From NCBI GenBank assembly GCA_029863245.1, contig JAOTVV010000016.1, positions 914 to 64,913 of the forward strand: 64,000 bases of DNA, read 5' to 3'. Below the pieces are notes generated by a model, which saw only the letters and a program-made list of their open reading frames with translations, was not told where the DNA came from and did no database searches. The stretch is from Gemmatimonadota bacterium. Lineage in GTDB: Bacteria; Gemmatimonadota; Gemmatimonadetes; Gemmatimonadales; GWC2-71-9. This document shows, in pieces, positions 1-7,400 of this stretch. Every line of letters begins with the position of its first letter. The stretch's first letter is position 1. Both the position numbers and the translations under genes were made by a program.

Positions 1-1
1 G

Positions 2-1243
2 GCGGCGACGATCTCCTCGGCAGCCAACCAGACGTTCGTGGTGGGGGACGCCGCGACCACGGCGGCGGTGATCACGGTAACGGACGACGCGGTGGCGCCC
101 ACGATCAACTCGGGGCAGGAGATCCGGATCCGGATTCCGACGGCGTTCCCGATGACGTGGAACACGGCGGTGACGACGGTGACGGTGGGGGGCAGTGCGG
201 CGGCGAAGGTGAAGACGGTACTGAAGAACTACGAGGACGGCGGGAAGACGGCGGTGGTGGACGTGGACGTGAACTTCGTGGCCGGGGATCAGCTGACGAT
301 CACGGGCTTGCAGTTCATGAACTTCACGGCGGCGGCGGCGGCGGACCGGCTGGGGCTGGACGTGACCGACGACCAGGTGGCCGACGCGCTGGACGACAAG
401 ACCAAGGCAATCGGGGCGCCGCAGTTCACGTCGGCGGCCCATCAGAACTTCACGGTGGGCGGGGCGCCGCGGGCGATCAGCCCGATCACGGTGACCGACT
501 ACGCGAGCTTCGGGACGGTGACGGCGGCGCGGGACCTCCGGATCCGGATCCCCACGGGCTTCCCGATGACGTGGGAGACCGGGGACGTGGCGGCGACGCT
601 GGGGGGGAGTGCGGCGGGGAAGGTGTCGCCCACGGTGAGTTATGAGAACGGGGGCCGGACGCTGTGGCTGGACGTGCTGACGGACTTCGTCCCAGGCGAC
701 GTGCTGACGATCAGTGACCTGAGCTACGCCAACTTCACGACGAGCGCGGCGTTGAACCGGCTGGAGCTGGTGCTGGCGGGCGCGGGAGCGGGGACGGCGG
801 CACAGGATCTCAATTCGATTTCGGTGGGGGCGGCCACCATCTCCTCGGCCACGTACCAGACGTTCGTGGTGGGGAGCCCCGCCACGCCCATCAGCCTCAT
901 CACCATCACCGACGACCCGGTGGCACCCAAGGTCACGGCGGGCGGCGAGCTCCGGATCCGGATTCCGGCCGGCTTCAACATGGTCTGGAATACGGCGGTG
1001 ACGACCGTGACGCTGGGGGGGAGTGCGGCGTCGAAGGTGAAGACGACGCTCAAGAACTACGAAGACGGCGGGAAGACGGCGGTAGTGGACGTGGACGTGA
1101 ACTTCGCGGCGGGGGACCAGCTCACGATCTCCGGCTTGCAGTTCATGAACTTCACGGCACCGTCGGCACCGGACCGGCTGGGCCTGGACGTGAACAACGA
1201 CAAGTTCCCGGACGCGTTCGACGACAAGACCAAGACGATCATC
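2..1243 (+). repeat. Three tandem 414-nt (138-aa) coding repeats in A-B-A' order
   Basis: Units at 2-415, 416-829 and 830-1243 all share RIRIP.GFPM.W / GGSAA.KV / YE.GG.T / F..GD.LTI. Units 1 and 3 are much closer to each other than to unit 2. Confidence 0.9.
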
Positions 1244-2005
1244 GCCGGCGGGCTCACGTACGGCGTCGTGGTGACCCCGGACTCGACGGCCGTGACGCAG
1301 CTCCCGACCAACGGGACCAACTACACCACGACCTTTAACGTGAAGAACACCGGGAACACGCCCGACGGGTTCGATCTCGTGGCGACCACCACGCCGGGCA
1401 CCGCGATCACGGTGGTCTCGATCACCGGCCCCGGGGTCACCCCGGGCGGGACGCCGTCCATGGCGGAGCGCGCGGCCCTGGCCCCCGGAGATTCGGTGGT
1501 GGTGACCGTGACCTACTCGGTGGCTGCGGCCGGCGTCGGCACGGTGGATCAGCTGGTCTTCACGGCCCGGTCGCAGGGGAACGCGGCGGTCGAGGACGAC
1601 GGAAAGCTCCTCCTCACCGTTTCCGGTCCGCGGATCACGATCAGCCGTGCCGTGAACCCGAACGGCACGGTGCCTCCCGGTACCGACCTCACGTACACGG
1701 TCACCGTGACCAACAGCGGCAGCGAGGATGCCGTGAACGTCGTCGCGGTCGATTCCCTGGCAGCGGAGTTGGAGTTCAAGGTCGGGAGCGTATCAGACAG
1801 CCTCCCCGCCGGTGTGACCGTCAGTGTGCAGTACTCGGATGATGGGGGCGCGACGTGGGCCTACACGCCCGCCTCGCTCGGCTGCGGTGCCCCGACCGAC
1901 TACGATGGCTGCGTCACCCACATCCGCTTGGCCCTCCAGAACGTCCTGGGCTCGGTGGCCCCCGACAACACCGGCTCCTTCGAATACGTCGCCCGAATCA
2001 AGTAG
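2..2005 (+). CDS. 5'-truncated large repetitive surface protein (putative tip adhesin): three 138-aa beta-rich repeats, an Ig-like domain and a C-terminally incomplete DUF11-like domain
   Basis: Frame is open from base 2 (AATISSAANQTFVVG), so the gene starts before the window. C-terminal PGTDLTYTVTVTNSG...VVAVDSL...FEYVARIK matches the DUF11 pattern. Confidence 0.85.
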   Translation, partial: AATISSAANQTFVVGDAATTAAVITVTDDAVAPTINSGQEIRIRIPTAFPMTWNTAVTTVTVGGSAAAKVKTVLKNYEDGGKTAVVDVDVNFVAGDQLTITGLQFMNFTAAAAADRLGLDVTDDQVADALDDKTKAIGAPQFTSAAHQNFTVGGAPRAISPITVTDYASFGTVTAARDLRIRIPTGFPMTWETGDVAATLGGSAAGKVSPTVSYENGGRTLWLDVLTDFVPGDVLTISDLSYANFTTSAALNRLELVLAGAGAGTAAQDLNSISVGAATISSATYQTFVVGSPATPISLITITDDPVAPKVTAGGELRIRIPAGFNMVWNTAVTTVTLGGSAASKVKTTLKNYEDGGKTAVVDVDVNFAAGDQLTISGLQFMNFTAPSAPDRLGLDVNNDKFPDAFDDKTKTIIAGGLTYGVVVTPDSTAVTQLPTNGTNYTTTFNVKNTGNTPDGFDLVATTTPGTAITVVSITGPGVTPGGTPSMAERAALAPGDSVVVTVTYSVAAAGVGTVDQLVFTARSQGNAAVEDDGKLLLTVSGPRITISRAVNPNGTVPPGTDLTYTVTVTNSGSEDAVNVVAVDSLAAELEFKVGSVSDSLPAGVTVSVQYSDDGGATWAYTPASLGCGAPTDYDGCVTHIRLALQNVLGSVAPDNTGSFEYVARIK

Positions 2006-2032
2006 CGCCGCCGGTCACTCCGTGCCTGCCAC

Positions 2033-2059
2033 GTCACCCCAATGGTTACCTTCAGTAAC
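2033..2059 (+). promoter_or_regulatory. Putative upstream activator sequence GTYAC-N7-GTTAC-N5-GTAAC
   Basis: GTCACcccaatgGTTACcttcaGTAAC. The same geometry recurs at 4308-4334. Confidence 0.65.
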
Positions 2060-2119
2060 ACCGTCACCGGTTCGAACCCGATCGTCATCCCACCAGGATG
2101 TCTCCAACAATATATAGGG

Positions 2120-2130
2120 TAATCACTTAG
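2120..2130. promoter_or_regulatory. IHF-like AT-rich site between the UAS and the sigma54 promoter
   Basis: TAATCACTTAG. Its exact reverse complement is at 4375-4385 in the second promoter. Confidence 0.5.
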
Positions 2131-2156
2131 CCATTACGACCCTCGCCGGCCGGTAA

Positions 2157-2172
2157 CGGCACGCGTCGTGCC
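2157..2172 (+). promoter_or_regulatory. sigma54 (-24/-12) promoter
   Basis: CGGCACGCGTCGTGCC has GG(2158)-N10-GC(2170) and matches TGGCACG-N4-TTGC. Confidence 0.65.
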
Positions 2173-2213
2173 TTTTCTCCGACCCGGACGCAACTCGAAA
2201 TGTGGAGTCTCGC

Positions 2214-2399
2214 ATGGTCTTGAGGTGCCCGCACTGCGAAACGCTCGCGCGATATCTTCGCGGTGACTTCAGCGGCAAGTGGGTGATCTGCCACGTCTGC
2301 GAAGCACCGTTCGCGTGGCGCGAGCACCAGACGCAGCTGGAAGGGGCGAAAACCGTGTGGGGCAGAGCCCGACGCAGCACGGAGGAGACGGAGCGATGA
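2214..2399 (+). CDS. Small zinc-ribbon protein (CPHC...CHVC)
   Basis: GGAG precedes ATG 2214 (alternative GTG 2202). Two CxxC pairs. The stop overlaps the next start (ATGA 2396-2399). Confidence 0.6.
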   Translation: MVLRCPHCETLARYLRGDFSGKWVICHVCEAPFAWREHQTQLEGAKTVWGRARRSTEETER

Positions 2400-2926
2400 A
2401 CACGACGCGATACAGCTGGATCGCCGCGGCACTCGTGGCCGCAACGGTGACGCCCTTGGCCGCGCAGCAGGGCGAGCCCCAGGCCCTCGTCATTTCAGCG
2501 CAGAACCTCATGGCTGGGGACGAGCGGCACCAGGAATTGGCCGATCCTACCGCGCTGCTTCCCGGGGACGTGGTCCAGTACCGGCTGGTGTTCACCAACG
2601 TGAACGCCGTGCCGGTGCGCAACATCGCGCTGAACGACCCGATCCCGTCGGGACTCCGCTACGTCGGCGCCTCGGCCGCAGCCGATCGCGACGACACGGT
2701 GGTCGAGTTCTCGATCGATGGCGGAGTGACCTTCGCCGCCGAGCCGATGATCGAGGAGATGGTGGACGGCAAGCCGGTGATGAAGCCGGCGCCGCCGGAA
2801 CGCTACACGCACGTCCGTTGGACGGTACAGGGCTGGGTGCAACCCGGCGCCACGGTCACGGCCGAGTTTCAAGCCCGGCTGCCGGGCGCCGCAGCCGTCC
2901 CGGACAGTACCGCGAACGCCAAATAG
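2396..2926 (+). CDS. Secreted single DUF11-like domain protein (putative chaperone or assembly factor)
   Basis: RBS GGAGGAG and signal peptide (…TPLAA-QQ). Motifs LLPGDVVQYRLVFTN, LNDPIP, VEFSIDGG, YTHVRW, AEFQARL. Confidence 0.85.
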   Translation: MNTTRYSWIAAALVAATVTPLAAQQGEPQALVISAQNLMAGDERHQELADPTALLPGDVVQYRLVFTNVNAVPVRNIALNDPIPSGLRYVGASAAADRDDTVVEFSIDGGVTFAAEPMIEEMVDGKPVMKPAPPERYTHVRWTVQGWVQPGATVTAEFQARLPGAAAVPDSTANAK

Positions 2927-2967
2927 TCACTGGTCACACGTGACGCAAAAGAGATAGGGAGGAACTC

Positions 2968-4200
2968 ATGCTGTGGAACTCGAACTGGATGACGCGCACC
3001 TTGGCGCTTCTCGCCGTCGCCGCGGTCGCGCTGACCGTTCCGGCCTCGGCGCAGACGCCCGAGGGCACGATCATCACGAATACGGCCACGGTGAATTACG
3101 AAGACACCACCGGGAGGGCCTACACGCCCGCCAGCGCCTCGGTGTCGATCACCGTCGCCTTCAAGGCCGGGCTCCTCACGGTGGCGGCTGACGGCACCGT
3201 GTACCCCGCGTCCCCCAGCAACGCCGACACGATCGCGTTCACGATCAACAACACCGGGAACGGAGTGGACACGGTGCAGGTGACCGAGTCGATGACGGTC
3301 GCTGGGATCATGACCAACATCACATACCGGCTCAACGGTGCTGCCGTCTACCTGTCGCTCGGCGACCTCAACACGGCGCTCGCGTCGCTCCAGCTCGCTG
3401 GCATCACGGGGTCGGCACAGATCCAGGTGATCTATGACGTGCCCGACGGGCAGGGTGGCCAGTCCACCGTGTACAGCCTCACGGCGACGTCCGTCCGAGA
3501 CAACACGATGCAGAGTACCGGCCAGACCACGGTTGCGCCGCCGTCGGCGTACGCCGTCGTCGTGACGCCGGACAGCACCACCCCGGCGGCCGAGCGGCTC
3601 CCGGGTGGCGCCCCGTATCAGTTTACGTTCTACGTGAGGAACGCCGGGAACATCTCCGACACCTACACGCTCGCAGCCACCAACAGCGGCGCCGCGATCG
3701 TCGTCGGGACATTCAGCCCCGCGTCGCCAGTGACCATCGCGTCCGGCGATTCCGTGGCGGTGACGGTGGACTACACGATCAACGAGGTGGCGGCCGGCGC
3801 TACCGATCGGCTGACGCTGACCGCAACGTCGACCACGCAACCGCCGACGGACGACGGGTTCCTCGACATGGTCGTGGTGCGTCCGACGGTTGCGATCGCC
3901 AAGGCGGTGTTCGCGCCCGACTCCCTCACGGCCCTGGCGGGGAACGTGCAGCCGGGGGACATCATCTGGTATCGGGTTGAGGTGCAGAATCCCGCCGGTG
4001 CCAACGCCCGCAACGCCCAGAACGTCGTGGTGAGCGACTCGTTGCCGGCGGAGCTGACGTTTAGCCTGCTGGCTCCGGACACCGGGAGCGACTGGACCCT
4101 GGCCTACAACGCGGGCACGCGATTCGTGACCGCCACCCTCGGGGTGGCTCTCGCTCCGGGCGCGAGCCGTCACTTCTGGATCCAGGCACAAGTGAACTGA
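2968..4200 (+). CDS. Secreted DUF11-family protein, putative major fibre subunit
   Basis: Strong RBS GGGAGGAA and signal peptide (…PASA-Q). N-terminal TPEGTIITNTATVNY segment, two Ig-like domains, and a C-terminal DUF11 domain ending FWIQAQVN. Confidence 0.9.
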   Translation: MLWNSNWMTRTLALLAVAAVALTVPASAQTPEGTIITNTATVNYEDTTGRAYTPASASVSITVAFKAGLLTVAADGTVYPASPSNADTIAFTINNTGNGVDTVQVTESMTVAGIMTNITYRLNGAAVYLSLGDLNTALASLQLAGITGSAQIQVIYDVPDGQGGQSTVYSLTATSVRDNTMQSTGQTTVAPPSAYAVVVTPDSTTPAAERLPGGAPYQFTFYVRNAGNISDTYTLAATNSGAAIVVGTFSPASPVTIASGDSVAVTVDYTINEVAAGATDRLTLTATSTTQPPTDDGFLDMVVVRPTVAIAKAVFAPDSLTALAGNVQPGDIIWYRVEVQNPAGANARNAQNVVVSDSLPAELTFSLLAPDTGSDWTLAYNAGTRFVTATLGVALAPGASRHFWIQAQVN

Positions 4201-4243
4201 CCCGGTCCCCGCTTCGACGGGGCGTACACCAAGTTCCACGGCA

Positions 4244-4275
4244 GAGGCCCCGCGGTCCGTTGACCGCGGGGCCTC
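4244..4275 (+). terminator. 14-bp stem hairpin after the subunit gene (terminator or mRNA stabiliser)
   Basis: GAGGCCCCGCGGTC-cgtt-GACCGCGGGGCCTC, with only a weak U-tract. Confidence 0.65.
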
Positions 4276-4307
4276 GCCGCTTCCGTTAACTCCCCTTCAT
4301 TCAACGG

Positions 4308-4334
4308 GTTACCAATCCGGTTACCATCGGTAAC
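4308..4334 (+). promoter_or_regulatory. Putative upstream activator sequence, second copy
   Basis: GTTACcaatccgGTTACcatcgGTAAC, with the same spacing as 2033-2059. Confidence 0.65.
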
Positions 4335-4424
4335 TCCAGGGCCTCCAGCCTGCAAACGGGGCAAATCCTCTCCGCTAAGTGATTATGCTGTAACAGCTTA
4401 GGTAGCCCGCATGTGAGCGGTGTT

Positions 4425-4440
4425 TGGCATACGACCTGCC
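4425..4440 (+). promoter_or_regulatory. sigma54 (-24/-12) promoter
   Basis: TGGCATACGACCTGCC has GG(4426)-N10-GC(4438). Confidence 0.65.
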
Positions 4441-4472
4441 CTCTGAAGGGTGACGTTGGAGAGCGGGAATCC

Positions 4473-7400
4473 ATGCCACACGCAGGCCGAACAATGCGGA
4501 CCGGTATCCGGCCCGGGAGGGGACTCCTCGGGGCGGTCGCTGTGCTGCTGTGCTGTGGCTTGCCGCTCGAGGCTCAGGGACCCACCGCCGCTGGAACCGA
4601 GATCTCCAACGTCGCCCAGGCCACCTACGTGGCGCCCAACGGTCACACCTTCACCGCCGTCTCCAACGTCCTGGTGGTGACCGTCGCCCAGATGGCCGGC
4701 GTCGACCTCGCGCCCCCACGCACAACCACCGCAAACCCGGGTGGCCGCGTGGTGTTCGCCCACACCGTGACCAACGCGGGCAACGGTACCGACAGCGTAC
4801 GGCTCTCGGCCACATCGGCCGCCGGTTGGCCCACGCTGATCTACCGTGACCTGAACGGTGACGGCGTCCTCGACGCCGGAGAGTCGCAGATCCAGGGGCC
4901 GGTCACGCTCTCCGCGGGTGCCGCGATGGCTCTCCTCGTCGTCGTGGACGTTCCGACCTCGGCGACCGTGCGCGGCACCACCGACTCGGTGACGGTTGTC
5001 GCGGTGAGTGAGTTCGACGGCTCCCGACGCGATGCCTGCGTCGACGTGCTCCAGATCCAGGACGTCGGTGTCCTAGTCACGCTCTCCAAGCTCGTGGACC
5101 GCACCACGGCGACGGCCGGGGACATCCTCACCTACACCGTGAGCTACGCCGCTACCGGGACGAACACTGCTTTGACGCTCGCCATGGCCGACCCGATCCC
5201 GCTCGGGTCGTCGTACGTGGCGGGCTCGCTCGAGTGGAACGGCGCGCCGCTCACCGACGGGACCGGTGACGACGCCGGGACGTTCGATCCGGCAGGGAAC
5301 CGGGTGCTCTTCGGGGTGGGCGACGTTCCGGGAGGACAGAGTGGCGTAGTGGCGTTCCAGGTGCGCATCGACGGCGGCCTTGCCGCGGCGACGCCGGTGG
5401 CCAACAACGCAAGCGCCTCCTACGGGACGGTGGCCGGCACCGACTCGGTTGCCTCGAACACGGTCGTCACGACCATCGTCCTCGCGCAGCTCGGGCTGGA
5501 GAAGGTCCTGGTCGGTCCGACCACGGCGCGAATCGGGGAGCAGATCTCCTACACGCTCGTGTCGGTCAACCGATCGAGCACCACGCCGGCCCGCGATGTG
5601 GTTCTCTCCGACACCCTGCCGCCGGAGCTCGAGTACGTGACGGCCAGTCCTGGGGCGAACGTCCTCGGCCAGGTGGTGTCGTGGACCTTGGGCGAGGTTG
5701 CACCGGGCGACTCCGTCCGCGTCTCGCTCACGGCCCGGGTCTCGAGCCTGGTGCGCGACACGCTCTCGGTGCGGAACCTCGCTGTGCTGGCGGCGACGAA
5801 CGCCCCCACGCAGACGGCCATGTCAGACGGCGTCGACCTCGTGGGACTCCTGCCCAATCAGCTCTCGCTGGAGAAGACCGCCGACGTGCTCGAGGTGGGG
5901 TTGGGTGAGACGGCGCCGTACACTCTGGTGCTCGAGAACACTGGGGACAACGCGCTCTCCGGGATCGTGATCGTTGACACCTTGCCGCTGGGTGGCCGCT
6001 ACGCGGAGGGCAGCGCGATCGGGGCGGACTCGGTGCGGGTCGACGGACGGGTCGTCACGTTCTTCGTCACGGGGCCGTTGGCACCAGGTGCCAAACACAC
6101 GGTCCGCTACACGATGGCCGTCGTGTCGGCCGAGACGCCCGTGCTGGAGAACCGGGCCGTGGCGACCGCCGAGGGCGGGTTCGTCGTGGCGAGCATGCAG
6201 CTGGCCTGGGTCCGCGTGCGGCGGAGCTGGCCCATGGAGACCCGCGCGGTGATCGGCAAGGCGTGGCTCGACGTGAACGACGATGGCCGCCAGGGTGCCG
6301 GCGAGCTTGGGGTGGCCGGTCTCGACGTGTGGACCGACGACGGCGAAGTGGCGACCACGGATGGCGACGGGAAGTTCTCGTTCAGGAACGTGCGGCCCGG
6401 CGGTCATGCCTTCAGGATCGATCCGACCACGGTGCCGGCCGGCTACCGCATCGCAGCGTCGGATCGGATCGTGCCGGTGGACGCGGACGGCTGGACCACC
6501 CCGAACGTGCAGTTCCGGCTCGTGCCCACCACTGGTCGCGTGGAGGGCGCGCGCATCCCGGTGCCGTGGACGGTCGCGGTACGGCACGTTCGCCCCCCGG
6601 CAGACAGCCCACCCCCGACCCTCGCGGTGACGGCGCAGATAACCGACGCCGTCGATTCGACCGAGGCGGCGTCACCGTCGGTCCCGCTGGCCGTCCTGCC
6701 CGTGACCTTCGGCGTGGGGTCGGCGGTGCTCACGTCGGAATCCCACACAGTGCTCGACGACGTGGCGGGACTGCTGGTAGCGAGCCCGGAAGTCGAAGTC
6801 GAGATCGCCGGCCACACCAGCTCGACCGGGCCACGCCTGTTGAATCTGCGGCTCTCGCTCGAGCGGGCAACATCCGTGACCGACTACCTCATCGCGAGTG
6901 GCATCGATCGCTCACGCGTTCGCGTCGAGGCTTACGGGCCCGACAGACCAGCGGCGAGCAACGACACACCCGAGGGCCGGGCCCGGAACCGACGCGTCGA
7001 AATGAACTTGGTGCGGGGGACCAACGCGGCCGCCGCGGCCACGTTCGTGCGCGGCTTGGCAAGTGTGGGGCTTGCCGACAGCGCGCTTGTTCCGTCCGCT
7101 CCGCCCGCGCCGCGCCCGCCCGTCACCGAGTATGCTGTGACGCTCGCCAACCCAACTGGCCGGCCCCTCGACGGCCTGTCGCTGCGATTCGAAACGCCCC
7201 CCGACTCCGCCAGGCTCGTGATCGGGGGCGCGCCGGCGCACGTAGATCCCGCAACGATGGCGCTCCCGCCCATCGCGCCGCGTGCGAACGTTGCGCTCAC
7301 GGTGTGGGCGACCGCGACCGGCGATTCGACCTGGGTCGCACTGCAGGCACCCGGCCGCGCGGGCGAGCGGATGGCCGTGAGCGTGGCCGACCTGCCCGTC

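Noticed and set aside
2-1243. Near-identical DNA repeats as a possible CRISPR array, DGR or mobile element
   Set aside because: They are in-frame coding repeats with no spacers, no adenine-specific variation and no reverse transcriptase or cas genes nearby.
4413-4472. ORF-track starts such as 4413, 2279, 32625, 34359, 34093, 37281 and 41889
   Set aside because: These extensions run through promoters or neighbouring genes. Downstream starts have an RBS and a signal peptide or domain boundary.
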